DNA of 64,000 nucleotides from a virus (Duplodnaviria; Heunggongvirae; Uroviricota; Caudoviricetes): IMG/VR virus record IMGVR_UViG_3300037067_007156, positions 301,519 to 365,518 of that record; one strand, 5' to 3'. Shown piece by piece: positions 40,836 to 50,820 of this stretch (position 1 is its first letter; each line of letters starts with the position of its first letter). The notes under the pieces were generated by a model. It saw only the letters and a program-made list of their open reading frames with translations, ran no database searches and was not told where the DNA came from. The position numbers and the translations under genes were made by a program.

Positions 40836-41318
40836 CTATTTCGTTTTTAATACATCTATATCATTAAATATCTTTAAATATTTTAAGTATCTTTCGGTAT
40901 TATTGTTAAATTTTATAAAAGCATTCGGGGTAAATTCTATACTACTCAAATAAGACCAGACAGATTGAGGTGTAATATCTTCGTCGTATAATAAATCTAA
41001 TTTAAATGATTTATCCATATAATGAACAACGTTTTCTACTTTATAAACACTACCAACACATAAACGTCCATCATTGAAATTATCAACACATAAAACCCTA
41101 TCACCTTTTTCAATATTTTTTTTAGTGATAATGTGTTTATTGATATATTTTTCAATTTTTATTTTATTACCGTCTTCATCTAAAAATTTAGTCATATCAA
41201 ATTTACCTCGGATATTGAACAATTCAATAATTCCATCAGAAATAGTTTTGACCAAATATTTTTGGTCATTCTTCAATGATTTTATTGGATACTCGTTTTC
41301 TTTATATATGACTATCAT
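40836..41318 (-). CDS. hypothetical protein (KGDRVLC SH3-like) with variant tag
   Basis: KGDRVLCVD..VGSVYKV; ERYLKYLKIF near the end. Confidence 0.6.
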   Translation of the reverse strand: MIVIYKENEYPIKSLKNDQKYLVKTISDGIIELFNIRGKFDMTKFLDEDGNKIKIEKYINKHIITKKNIEKGDRVLCVDNFNDGRLCVGSVYKVENVVHYMDKSFKLDLLYDEDITPQSVWSYLSSIEFTPNAFIKFNNNTERYLKYLKIFNDIDVLKTK

Positions 41319-41590
41319 ATTTTTCCAAAAATGTTTTTTATTTTTTTTCTGCGTTCAAACATTAAACATTCTTTACCTGTTATCCTTTTATAACAAACCG
41401 AACACTGGTAAATATCATCTTTCAATATTACACCATAATAATTTTTATTATACAATAATATATATTTATGTCCATGAATGTGACATTTAACTTTCATTTT
41501 GAGAATAATAAAATTATAACTCAACCAATTATACACATTTTCAATGAATGATTTATATAAAAATTCTTTATGTGGTGATTTATTAGACAT
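41315..41590 (-). CDS. small Cys/His zinc-finger paralog with C-terminal tag
   Basis: CHIHGH..YQCSVC; ends ERRKKIKNIFGKI. Confidence 0.7.
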   Translation of the reverse strand: MSNKSPHKEFLYKSFIENVYNWLSYNFIILKMKVKCHIHGHKYILLYNKNYYGVILKDDIYQCSVCYKRITGKECLMFERRKKIKNIFGKI

Positions 41591-41593
41591 GTA

Positions 41594-41833
41594 TTATAAT
41601 ATTGTTTTTATTTTTTGCTTACGCTCATATTTTTTAAAATCTTCTGGTGATAAAGTATTATTACATTTTGGGCATATATAAATATAATGTTGAAATTGAA
41701 AAATGTTATTAATCATCATACCGCTGTTTGGTAATTTAATATATTTATGTTTACACCAATATTGTTTTAATTTACAAATATTTTTATACAAAAATGTAAA
41801 TAAAATAAAATATGGTTGAAAGAATTTTTCCAT
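41594..41833 (-). CDS. small Cys/His zinc-finger paralog with C-terminal tag
   Basis: WCKH..YICPKC; ends ERKQKIKTIL. Confidence 0.7.
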   Translation of the reverse strand: MEKFFQPYFILFTFLYKNICKLKQYWCKHKYIKLPNSGMMINNIFQFQHYIYICPKCNNTLSPEDFKKYERKQKIKTIL

Positions 41834-42144
41834 TATAAAATTGTTTTAATTTTCATTTTTCTTTCATGCAGTAAATGCATTTTTTCACTTTCTATCAATA
41901 AACACCGTTCACAATAAAATATTTTATAATTTTCAATTGTACTTTCATCTGTTATGTGAACATAATTATAATGTTTAAAATTATGTTTTGTAAAATAACA
42001 TATTATTTTCCAAATGAATAAAGTAAAACGATTTATATTAAATTTTGATTTTAATTCCTTTTTTACATAAATAATTTGAATAATATCTTTTTTTGCTTTT
42101 AAAGGAATATCAGCATAAATATAAAAATTATTTATTTGACTCAT
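41833..42144 (-). CDS. small Cys/His zinc-finger paralog with C-terminal tag
   Basis: CYFTKH..FYCERC; ends ERKMKIKTIL. Confidence 0.7.
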   Translation of the reverse strand: MSQINNFYIYADIPLKAKKDIIQIIYVKKELKSKFNINRFTLFIWKIICYFTKHNFKHYNYVHITDESTIENYKIFYCERCLLIESEKMHLLHERKMKIKTIL

Positions 42145-42146
42145 AT

Positions 42147-43076
42147 TTAATCTTTAAAATATTCTTTAAGTGCTTCTTTGATATTATTTTTCCATTTATT
42201 TTTAGGTATAAATACATTAATTTGTGTATCGGATGGTTCATTACCTGATGATATACTCTGAAAACTTTCACTTGACACACAGAAATGACCATTATCATCA
42301 TATAATAAATTGGGTGCTTGGCCGAGACTTGTTAATGTTTCTATAATAAAATCAAAAGGTAACTGGTCAGTTTTGGCTTTAACCATTTTATATATTTTAT
42401 CCCCAAGGATATCAACTTCTTTTGGTTCTGGTATCGAATAATCACCATATTCTCCGATTGATGAGTCGAACGAGTCTTGATATAATTTCCAATATTCACT
42501 TCTTTTTTTTACAAGATGTTCAATATAATTTTTGTTTGGGTAAATAATACCTTTGTAATATCCAGCTAAACCATCCAGTTCAACCCACATATCCTTAAAC
42601 CAACCTTTTTTATTCAAAGTGAATCTTAAAATGTAATACTCATCTACGTAGGTATCATACATATCAGACTGTTCATTCTTTAATTTTTCTGTGAATGAAA
42701 ATGTCATATTAGCCAACCTATCACACAATTTAAGAAATATTGATTCGTAAGTGGTTGAAGTTTTGTAAAGAGTTTTAAGAATTTTTTCTTTTCTGGATTT
42801 ACCCTGTTCATTGGTAACATTGAAAACTATATCGGCTGCTTCTTCACCTATTATTTTTGTTATTGTATGATAACTCATACCACAATCTTCTTCAACATCA
42901 TGAAACCATAAAGCTTTTTTCACTATTTCTTGTTGATGTGGAGTTAAATTGTGTTTGTATTTTTGGAAAAAATCATATACCATTTCCAGATGAAAAGAAT
43001 ATGGCTGTCCAGCATATTGCTTATTAGCCATATGATGAAGTTCGAAAGCTTTTAATTTTATTTCCTGAGTTGTCAT
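42147..43076 (-). CDS. HD-domain (p)ppGpp-hydrolase-like protein (SpoT/Mesh1 HD) with C-terminal extension
   Basis: YAGQPYSFHL, LWFHDVEED, LKLCDRLANM. Confidence 0.8.
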   Translation of the reverse strand: MTTQEIKLKAFELHHMANKQYAGQPYSFHLEMVYDFFQKYKHNLTPHQQEIVKKALWFHDVEEDCGMSYHTITKIIGEEAADIVFNVTNEQGKSRKEKILKTLYKTSTTYESIFLKLCDRLANMTFSFTEKLKNEQSDMYDTYVDEYYILRFTLNKKGWFKDMWVELDGLAGYYKGIIYPNKNYIEHLVKKRSEYWKLYQDSFDSSIGEYGDYSIPEPKEVDILGDKIYKMVKAKTDQLPFDFIIETLTSLGQAPNLLYDDNGHFCVSSESFQSISSGNEPSDTQINVFIPKNKWKNNIKEALKEYFKD

Positions 43077-43078
43077 TT

Positions 43079-43843
43079 CTACAATTCTGATAATATTAGC
43101 ATCTCCTTATCCCAAGCACCGATAATCTGATAATAGAAACCGAATGGACTTTGAACCAGTAATATTGGGTCTCTTTTTTTCTCGATTGTTTTAAAATTAT
43201 CGGAAGTAGCTATTACATAAAAAACAGGTTTTTTATTACATATTTTCTCAACTGCTTTTATATGTTTTTTCATTAAATCGATAGCTTCTTTTGGAAATTC
43301 TGGTACAAATAAGTCAGATGTTTTCATGACCAATTCATATTTATCCAACAAAATTTGAATTTTTTCATCAGTTGTGTTTTGAAAACTATCGAAAAAACTC
43401 TTGTTTGCCTGATATTGTTTTCTATTTTCTAATCTTTCTATTAAAGCACTAATTTCTCTTTTAGCATAAGATTGAACAATAATTTTTTCTTTATCCCTTA
43501 ACATTTCTATTTTTTCATCTATCAAAGTCAAAGAAAACGGGTTGGGAATAGTTTCCAATTCGGCTAAAACATCAATTGGTTTAATTGATATTTTTTGTTT
43601 TGGTTTATTTACAACATCACCATTTCCATCAGTTGGAACAGAGAGAACTGCTTCGCCAAAAGAATTATACTGACTTGCAAAATTCTTAAAATCAAACAAA
43701 TAGTTATCGTTTAATTCGGAATTACTATTTGGTGGTTCTACATGGATTCGTCCATTTTGAAAACTAATTGGTTGTCGTCCATTAGTTAAATTGGTTATAT
43801 CAACGCCAGTTAACCATTTAAAAATTAATTTTCGAATATTCAT
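43079..43843 (-). CDS. hypothetical protein
   Basis: Ends with RDPILLVQSPFGFYYQIIGAWD; TACATTTG upstream at 43879-43886. Confidence 0.75.
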   Translation of the reverse strand: MNIRKLIFKWLTGVDITNLTNGRQPISFQNGRIHVEPPNSNSELNDNYLFDFKNFASQYNSFGEAVLSVPTDGNGDVVNKPKQKISIKPIDVLAELETIPNPFSLTLIDEKIEMLRDKEKIIVQSYAKREISALIERLENRKQYQANKSFFDSFQNTTDEKIQILLDKYELVMKTSDLFVPEFPKEAIDLMKKHIKAVEKICNKKPVFYVIATSDNFKTIEKKRDPILLVQSPFGFYYQIIGAWDKEMLILSEL

Positions 43844-43912
43844 ACTATTAAAATTAGATTAATATTATTTGTTATTCACAAATGTAATATTTTTAATTTT
43901 TATATTAAATAA

Positions 43913-43938
43913 AAAATCCCACTATTTTGTGGGATTTT
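43913..43938. terminator. terminator hairpin
   Basis: AAAATCCCAC-TATTTT-GTGGGATTTT. Confidence 0.7.
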
Positions 43939-43940
43939 AT

Positions 43941-44309
43941 TTATTCAGTTTCTATTGGTTCCAATTTTATTGGATTTGAAACATCGCTTTCCACAAATCC
44001 CTCAACTATTGGAATATTCATTTTTTGATTGATGTATTTTAAATATTCGGGAAGTTTTTTCTTGGTGGTTGGGTCGGGAACTCTAACATTTAAATAAGTT
44101 ATTTTTTTAGTATCATCACTTATTATAGTGAAAAATTTAATTCCATTTTTAAATTGAAAATGAAAATTATGGAAAATCTCATCGTTATATCCATTAAATA
44201 TAGAAATCAACGGTTTATCTGAAATTTCAATTTCGGTGTTAAAATCAGTAGCAAACTCCTTGAAAACACTGTTATATTTTCTTTTAATATCGTCTCTTTT
44301 ATTACGCAT
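43941..44309 (-). CDS. hypothetical protein
   Basis: ORF; TACCTTTG upstream at 44334-44341. Confidence 0.65.
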   Translation of the reverse strand: MRNKRDDIKRKYNSVFKEFATDFNTEIEISDKPLISIFNGYNDEIFHNFHFQFKNGIKFFTIISDDTKKITYLNVRVPDPTTKKKLPEYLKYINQKMNIPIVEGFVESDVSNPIKLEPIETE

Positions 44310-44386
44310 TATTAGTTATTTAAAATGAGAGTGCAAAGGTAAGCATATTTTAAATAACCACCAAAACAAATTTAATGTTATTAAAA

Positions 44387-44965
44387 TTAAATTATGTTAT
44401 TAACATGTTGATGTGTTATTGTAGAAATTAATTTGAATTCATCAGATAATATTTTTATTTTAATCTGTCTTAATATATTCTTTTCTATTTGTTTATAAAG
44501 TTTAATATCGAGTTTATGTTTAAGAAGTGTATTTGTCTCGAAAATATATTCACCATCAACTTCATTTATATATTGACGTTTAGCTTCTATTATTATTTGT
44601 GGTAATGAGACTTTTATTTTTAAATCTTGTTTTAATTCAATTTCAACACAGTATAAATCATTATTTAAAAACAAACAATGTTCGATATTATTAATAGTGT
44701 ATCTTATATGTTTGTCATCCCTGTGAGCTTTATCAAATTTAAAAATGTGTAATTTATCTTTTTCAAGGTTGTTAAAAAATTTTTTAGCTGATATGGTTTC
44801 TGAATGGTGAACACATACATCAATATCGTTAACTTGTCTATCTATTATTCCAAGGGCGTTGAGTGAAATACTACCACCATAATAAGCTGGTTCATAATTT
44901 TCTGAGATAAAAATAATTTGTTTTAAAATTTTTTCATCGATATTTTGTAATAAATTATTTTTCAT
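44387..44965 (-). CDS. nucleotidyltransferase-like protein with variant tag
   Basis: YGGSISL...DIDV (GS + DxD); LRQIKIKIL near the end. Confidence 0.65.
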   Translation of the reverse strand: MKNNLLQNIDEKILKQIIFISENYEPAYYGGSISLNALGIIDRQVNDIDVCVHHSETISAKKFFNNLEKDKLHIFKFDKAHRDDKHIRYTINNIEHCLFLNNDLYCVEIELKQDLKIKVSLPQIIIEAKRQYINEVDGEYIFETNTLLKHKLDIKLYKQIEKNILRQIKIKILSDEFKLISTITHQHVNNII

Positions 44966-44996
44966 AATAAAATATTTGTTTTTCAAAATTATAAAA

Positions 44997-45024
44997 AAAC
45001 CCGAATTATTCTTAATTCGGGTTT
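44997..45024. terminator. terminator hairpin
   Basis: AAACCCGAATTA-TTCT-TAATTCGGGTTT. Confidence 0.7.
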
Positions 45025-45040
45025 ATTTTATAAGGTATAA

Positions 45041-46342
45041 CTATTTATTTGTATCGTTGTTATTTTCACAATGTTTATAAATAGTTTTAAAATGTTCTTT
45101 AAATCTTGAATCTTTGATGAATTCTTTGATAATTTTAGTATCCTTATCATTACTATCGTCATTTAAACGAAAATGGTCATCCAGAACAAAAATTAAATAA
45201 CCAACCAGTTCATCCTTGGAAACAGTGAGAAGAAAGTTTTTAACATTTTCGCTTTGTTTTTTGTCCCAATCTGGAATTTTGTATTTTTTAAGGCCATTTA
45301 AAATTTCACTGTTTTTGTCCCTGTTAAATTTTTTCAAATCTTCAGCGATTTCGGGGTATCGATTGATAACATCATCAACACCGATTCTAAGTGATTCTTC
45401 ACAGTAACGAATGAATCTTTGAATAGAAGCACCCACGTAACTAATACCAATTGCTTTAACATCTGGTAACCATTCTGTAATATTTGGGAAAATTATTTTC
45501 GGTCTTGCACCTTTAGTAGATTTATCGACAAAATCATCATTTTCATCCACATATAATTGGTTACCATTAGCATCTGTATCGATGGTTGGTGGAAAATTAG
45601 TCAGTATATAATCTGACAAGAATGTCCATGAACGAGGGGTTGCATAAGCTGACATAGCATCTTCTTCTTTCCCACTGTCTTTAGGTTTTTTGTAATAATG
45701 TTCAGCGTTACCTGTCAAAAAACTAACGATAGTTGGATGAACGAATTCGTAAGCGTAACCTTCTTTCCACTCTTGGATAGAAAGGTCGTGTCTCATGTGA
45801 ATAAGGCGGTTATTTAACGCTGCATCATATTCTTCAACATCAGTGCCATCTTCTTCGCCGAGGTTACCAGATGCACACATTAAAACGTTGTTATTAAATT
45901 TGAAATTGTAACCTATTGTTCGTTCAAGGAGTATTTGAAGAGCAGCATTACGAACTGCTAAATTAGCCCTGTTCATTTCTTCAAAGAAAATTATTGATGG
46001 TCTTTGATTAGCTTCGTGTGCCCATAATGGAGGTACATGTTCGATGAATTTACACTCTTCACCATCAATGTTTCTGGTTGTAACAGTAGGATATAATCCA
46101 ACGTCTGTTTCGTCAACCATTGAAAGTCGAATATCATAGAAAGCAAACCCCATTTTATCGGCAATTTCTTTCATGATGGCTGACTTAGCAATACCTGGTT
46201 TCGAACGAATTTCCAACACACCTGACTTAGCTAACATTATTTTGAAATAAGTTAGCTCTTTTTTGTTAAGGTTTTTCATCCTTTTCGAGAGTTCGGACTT
46301 TGTAACATCCGTGAACGTTGATAGTGCATCTTTAATAATCAT
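45041..46342 (-). CDS. MoxR-like AAA+ ATPase
   Basis: Walker A SKPGIAKS, Walker B IFFEEMNRA, ASGN, ALNNR, ATPRSW. Confidence 0.88.
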   Translation of the reverse strand: MIIKDALSTFTDVTKSELSKRMKNLNKKELTYFKIMLAKSGVLEIRSKPGIAKSAIMKEIADKMGFAFYDIRLSMVDETDVGLYPTVTTRNIDGEECKFIEHVPPLWAHEANQRPSIIFFEEMNRANLAVRNAALQILLERTIGYNFKFNNNVLMCASGNLGEEDGTDVEEYDAALNNRLIHMRHDLSIQEWKEGYAYEFVHPTIVSFLTGNAEHYYKKPKDSGKEEDAMSAYATPRSWTFLSDYILTNFPPTIDTDANGNQLYVDENDDFVDKSTKGARPKIIFPNITEWLPDVKAIGISYVGASIQRFIRYCEESLRIGVDDVINRYPEIAEDLKKFNRDKNSEILNGLKKYKIPDWDKKQSENVKNFLLTVSKDELVGYLIFVLDDHFRLNDDSNDKDTKIIKEFIKDSRFKEHFKTIYKHCENNNDTNK

Positions 46343-46479
46343 AATTATTTTATGTTTAATTGATTTTTAAATAACAAATTAACATTTATATTGAATAAAA
46401 AATATGTATTTAAATTTTCTTATATCATTACAAATATAAAGTAAATAATATTTATTTATTCATAAAAATAAAAAATTTT

Positions 46480-46878
46480 TTAATTATTTTTAATGAATAA
46501 ATTATATTCTTTTAATTCTTCTTCAGTAGCTGTTTCGACACTTACAAGAGCATCATCGCTTTTAGCCGTTTGTTCAATAACCTCTTTATTTAATTCTGTT
46601 TTAGTGGTGTTAATATCACTATAATCATTATTTTTTGCTTCTTTTATATCAGTTTTTATTATCTGAAACCCTTCTTTAACTTCTTGTTTAACACCACTGT
46701 TAAAGACACCCTTGAATAATTTCGGGATACCTTTGAATATTATTTGACTAAACATATTAGTTGTAGTTCCTTTTTTCTGGTTATTAGTTTCGTCATACCG
46801 ATTGAATATCAGTATTAGTGCTGCAATAATCATAAGTATGGTTATCAGCTTGCTTAAACTTTTTCCTAAATCTTCCAT
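46480..46878 (-). CDS. membrane-anchored hypothetical protein
   Basis: N-terminal transmembrane helix. Confidence 0.65.
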   Translation of the reverse strand: MEDLGKSLSKLITILMIIAALILIFNRYDETNNQKKGTTTNMFSQIIFKGIPKLFKGVFNSGVKQEVKEGFQIIKTDIKEAKNNDYSDINTTKTELNKEVIEQTAKSDDALVSVETATEEELKEYNLFIKNN

Positions 46879-46883
46879 ACGAT

Positions 46884-47360
46884 TTATTTATTAAGTGATA
46901 AACTATATGCTGTTAATCTCGTTAATCCATAAATGTTTGCACCATTTAAAAGATTAATAATTACATTTGCCGAATTGTTGTTTACATTATTCATCGACAA
47001 ATAAAGAGCGTTATCATAAAAAATATTGGTCGCTGAAGCACTTATCATTTGAAACGAATAGGGTTTTTCTTTTAGAAATTTATTCGATTCATTTATAATA
47101 GTATCATCAGTAATATAATTTATTCCAGTATGTTTAATATGTGCTAATAGTTTATAAATACCATTTTTATAAGCACCATTTAACATTTTAATGATAGAAA
47201 TAGTTGAGGTTTCAGTTACACCAGTGAGTGTTCCTATCGAGACACCGTCATAAGTAATTTTTGCTGATAATAAATCAACCATCTTATATGAATATGGTTT
47301 TTCTTCCATGAAATATTTTGATGCTGTTAAAATTTCATCAACTTCGATTAAATCTTCCAT
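46884..47360 (-). CDS. hypothetical protein with internal duplication
   Basis: EKPYSY..ITYD..MLNGA and EKPYSF..IFYD..LLNGA. Confidence 0.7.
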   Translation of the reverse strand: MEDLIEVDEILTASKYFMEEKPYSYKMVDLLSAKITYDGVSIGTLTGVTETSTISIIKMLNGAYKNGIYKLLAHIKHTGINYITDDTIINESNKFLKEKPYSFQMISASATNIFYDNALYLSMNNVNNNSANVIINLLNGANIYGLTRLTAYSLSLNK

Positions 47361-47411
47361 ACGATTTATTTTTAATTTATATTCAAAAATACAAGGTATA
47401 TATGAATAAAA

Positions 47412-47443
47412 AAAATCCGAAGCTATAAAAAGTTCGGATTTTT
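47412..47443. terminator. terminator hairpin
   Basis: AAAAATCCGAA...TTCGGATTTTT. Confidence 0.65.
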
Positions 47444-47466
47444 AAATAATATTTATTAAGTTATTT

Positions 47467-49173
47467 TTAACTTTTATCTTTTTCGATTATAATCTGTTTT
47501 ACACGACCGTTATTATATTCGATAGGACATTCAGAAGATGTTGATAATATCAAAGTCTTACCTTTTACACCTTGAAAATTTAAACTATCGGTACAACCGT
47601 CAGTCAGTATAATAGTGTTATATTTATTAAGACTATTTTTTTTGTCAGTGATGTAATCCAGACCTGGTTGAATAACTGTTCCTCCAAGTCCTTTGATTTT
47701 CATTTTTTCAAGTTCTTTTTTATTTTTTATAACTACAACATCCTGAATACGTGTATCAACTTGGATTAAATTGATGTTGACATCATTTTGGAAAATATAT
47801 GATAGAACTTTTTCAAAATCATTACTCATAGAACCCGATGTATCCAGTATAGCATTAATACAATTTTGATATTTTTTCTTACCTTTTAAACCTTGAATAC
47901 AACGTCTGTTCGGTCTGGTTATAGTTTTTTCTTTAATCGAACCAAATATTTCATTAGTAATAACTCTTTTAATTTTTTTGAGATAATCTTTTCTTGATTT
48001 TCTCAATTTTTGAAGTATAGATTCCATTTCACCAGTTTCGAGGCCACGACTTTTAAGATTTTCCATTATATCTCGGACTATTTCTTTTCTAAGTTCTTCT
48101 GGAACATCATCGGTTAAATGTCTGTCCAATGTTTCACCCTTAGAATTTTCGAGGTTTTCAAATATTTTATCAAGATGACTCATATCAAGGTCATTCTGAC
48201 CATAATTGCCATAATCGGGTTCATCACCATTTTCACCACAACCATTTGCTTTATTTCCTTTACCATTCTGGTTATCTTGTTGACCATCATCACCACCCCC
48301 TTCACTATTGTCGTCTTGCTGGTCACTACCACCTTGACCTTCTCCGTTCGGTTGACCTTCACCGTTAGGGTCTTTTTGTTTATTTCCTTGACCTTGGTCT
48401 TGTTTTTGACCATTTTTATCGGGGTTATTACCTTGGCCTTGACTTTTATTTTTTTGTTGTTGATTGCCTTGTTTTTTTTGACGATTTTTATATTTTTGAA
48501 GTTCTTCAAGTAACCATTCATATAATTCTTCAAATACAAGTTGACCTTTGTATATTTTAGGTACAAACATTGCAGTATGACGACCGAAATTTGGGTTTTT
48601 TATTTGTTTACCTTTTTTATCCAAAACAAATGTGCCATCTGGAAGTTTTAAAAATTCGTCATGACTTTTTGGAATTTCCATGAACCCCTTCAAAGAAGTT
48701 GATTGCATGATATCATCATATATTATTTGATTGATAATCATATCTTGGGCTACATTTGATAATTTTTGGTCATAACCGATTGTTCTTTTAATGTGGTCGA
48801 ACAGTAAATGACAATCTTCATGTATATGTATGAAATTAGCTTCTTTTTGGTCTAAAGAATCTACAAAAGCCCTGTCCCAATAAAAATGCATACCAGTACT
48901 GGTAACGTTTACACCACAAGTGCCTATGGTAGCTTCATGATAATTCACGAATAAATTAAATTCACCATAGTATGGTAAATTACCAGTAGAAAGCATTTCA
49001 ACATTAGCATCTTCAAATTTTTTGTGAATAGTATTACGTTTGACAATCTTTTGTTGGCCAGTAATAGTATTAATGATATCTGAAACTACTTTAGATATTT
49101 TTGCCTTAGAAGATTCGTCATCTATTTTTACAGGTGATAAATCTTGTTCGTTATTATTTAATTCTTCAATCAT
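47467..49173 (-). CDS. VWA-like domain protein with HExxH metallopeptidase-like N-domain, MoxR partner
   Basis: HEDCH, Q/G/N-rich linker, MIDAS DTSGSM, GGT, ILTDG. Confidence 0.85.
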   Translation of the reverse strand: MIEELNNNEQDLSPVKIDDESSKAKISKVVSDIINTITGQQKIVKRNTIHKKFEDANVEMLSTGNLPYYGEFNLFVNYHEATIGTCGVNVTSTGMHFYWDRAFVDSLDQKEANFIHIHEDCHLLFDHIKRTIGYDQKLSNVAQDMIINQIIYDDIMQSTSLKGFMEIPKSHDEFLKLPDGTFVLDKKGKQIKNPNFGRHTAMFVPKIYKGQLVFEELYEWLLEELQKYKNRQKKQGNQQQKNKSQGQGNNPDKNGQKQDQGQGNKQKDPNGEGQPNGEGQGGSDQQDDNSEGGGDDGQQDNQNGKGNKANGCGENGDEPDYGNYGQNDLDMSHLDKIFENLENSKGETLDRHLTDDVPEELRKEIVRDIMENLKSRGLETGEMESILQKLRKSRKDYLKKIKRVITNEIFGSIKEKTITRPNRRCIQGLKGKKKYQNCINAILDTSGSMSNDFEKVLSYIFQNDVNINLIQVDTRIQDVVVIKNKKELEKMKIKGLGGTVIQPGLDYITDKKNSLNKYNTIILTDGCTDSLNFQGVKGKTLILSTSSECPIEYNNGRVKQIIIEKDKS

Positions 49174-49338
49174 TTTTATTGTTTATTATTCAACTTCAAA
49201 AATATTCATAATTTATTATAAAAAAAAATTAAACATCATCATTTAATATATTTTTTATTTTTATTTGTCTTTCATTTTATTTTTTTCGACAAGGAAACCC
49301 ACAAATCTTTAGTTTGTGGAAGGAATTGCCGCTGTTTT

Positions 49339-50724
49339 TTAATTCCAAACAAAACTTCCATAATTATAAATCTTAGTTATATCTTTTGTTTTTATATAAT
49401 TTTTCTTTTCTTCGGTTTCAAAAGTAATATAAACACCTTTATTTTTCATACCTTTTGATATATATTTTGTTTTACCTACCCACACTAAATCTTTTGGTTG
49501 TATTTTATATCTCTCTTTTCTTACTGAAGGTCTAAAACCTTTTCTATTCAGTTGTATTGCTCTGTTATTTCTATGTTTTTGTTTAATGATTATTGGTTTT
49601 GACCTTTTTTGAATATTACCACCTGAGATAATAAAAGCATCATTATAATGAGATTTTTCAATATTTAATTTATTCCTGTTTATAAATGTAATATAACCAT
49701 ATGTTATTTTTAAATTCGGTATGTCATTCCAAAACTTTTTATTTATAACCGACATAAACGTATTTGGTTTATAATTTTTTGTGTTTGATTTTAATTTAGA
49801 TTCCAAATGCTTCTCATGCAAAGTATTATGACATTTTTCATGTAACAAAGCCAAATTAGATGTTTTATCAGTTCCACCCTTAGATTTAGGTTTAATATGA
49901 TGTATATGAGCTGATTGACCTTTAAAATCTTTTGAACAAAATTGACAACAACCTTTTTCTCTTACCATTAAATATAATTTAATATTTTGATAATCATACA
50001 TATCACCTCTCTGATATTCAACACCTTCTATATCTGGTCTATCAATTTTTTGTATGTCAAATTTTGCTGTTTCTATAACTATCTCTGTTATAGGCAATAA
50101 ACATTTTATTTTATTTATTAGATTTAAATGTGTTTGATATCTTCTTTCTATGCTCGGTGGTAACCATCCATCACTACGTTTTCTGTTATTAAATCTTGAT
50201 TTTCGATACCAGTGATGACGACTTCTACGAAGTCGTCTGTACATTTTTTTTTCATCCAGTCTCTCTTTCGTTTTTCCATCTAATTTAAGTGTTCCACATA
50301 ATAATTCTTTTGTTTTTGTTGTGGCTGAAAATCCTATAAAACCATACCCAGAATCAATTCCTAAACTAATTGGTTGAGTGTTATTCTCACACTCAACAGT
50401 CATCTGAATTGTAAAAGGATACACTTTAATAACCTTTGCTTTACCACTTTTAATAAATTTCCTTGCTCTTGATGCTTTAGTTGGCATTAAAATCTGTCCT
50501 TCCAAACTTAATACGAACACATATGTCGGTAAGACCTGTCTGTTCTTTGTTTGACGTAAATTCACATCGGTGTTGTTTAAAGTCAGTTTGGTGTCAAAAC
50601 CTACGGCTTTACACCCAACCACAGCACTAAGTCTTTCAACTTTGTTTAACTGTGAATTTGTAGAGCAAGAAACTTGTGAAGCATTTCTTGGTACGTTCTT
50701 TAACTTTACTTTAAACTTCTGCAT
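49339..50724 (-). CDS. iscB: RNA-guided endonuclease IscB
   Basis: PLMP-like ILMPT, RuvC-I GIDSG, bridge helix RRLRR, HNH HIHHI..GGTD..NL..LHEKCH, HYNDA; true start may lie downstream of 50724. Confidence 0.93.
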   Translation of the reverse strand: MQKFKVKLKNVPRNASQVSCSTNSQLNKVERLSAVVGCKAVGFDTKLTLNNTDVNLRQTKNRQVLPTYVFVLSLEGQILMPTKASRARKFIKSGKAKVIKVYPFTIQMTVECENNTQPISLGIDSGYGFIGFSATTKTKELLCGTLKLDGKTKERLDEKKMYRRLRRSRHHWYRKSRFNNRKRSDGWLPPSIERRYQTHLNLINKIKCLLPITEIVIETAKFDIQKIDRPDIEGVEYQRGDMYDYQNIKLYLMVREKGCCQFCSKDFKGQSAHIHHIKPKSKGGTDKTSNLALLHEKCHNTLHEKHLESKLKSNTKNYKPNTFMSVINKKFWNDIPNLKITYGYITFINRNKLNIEKSHYNDAFIISGGNIQKRSKPIIIKQKHRNNRAIQLNRKGFRPSVRKERYKIQPKDLVWVGKTKYISKGMKNKGVYITFETEEKKNYIKTKDITKIYNYGSFVWN

Positions 50725-50820
50725 AAAAAATATTAATTATTAATTTTTAAGCCACCTAACCAACACTTACCTCGCACCTCACGGTGCAAACCCTTAGTCT
50801 TTAGCTAAGAGGTTGTTGAT
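50530..50820 (-). ncRNA. omega RNA (HEARO-like) scaffold of IscB
   Basis: GC-enriched hairpin-rich region between the element end and the PLMP domain; boundaries approximate. Confidence 0.65.

Larger units (their letters stand above)
49276..50820 (-). mobile_element. IS200/IS605-family IscB (OMEGA) element
   Basis: Starts ATCAAC, has TCTTTAG-loop hairpins at both ends, followed by ATGA TAM-like sequence. Confidence 0.85.

Noticed and set aside
48118-48566. ORFs 48118-48513 (+) and 48180-48566 (-)
   Set aside because: Alternative-frame shadows of the low-complexity Q/G/N linker in the VWA gene.
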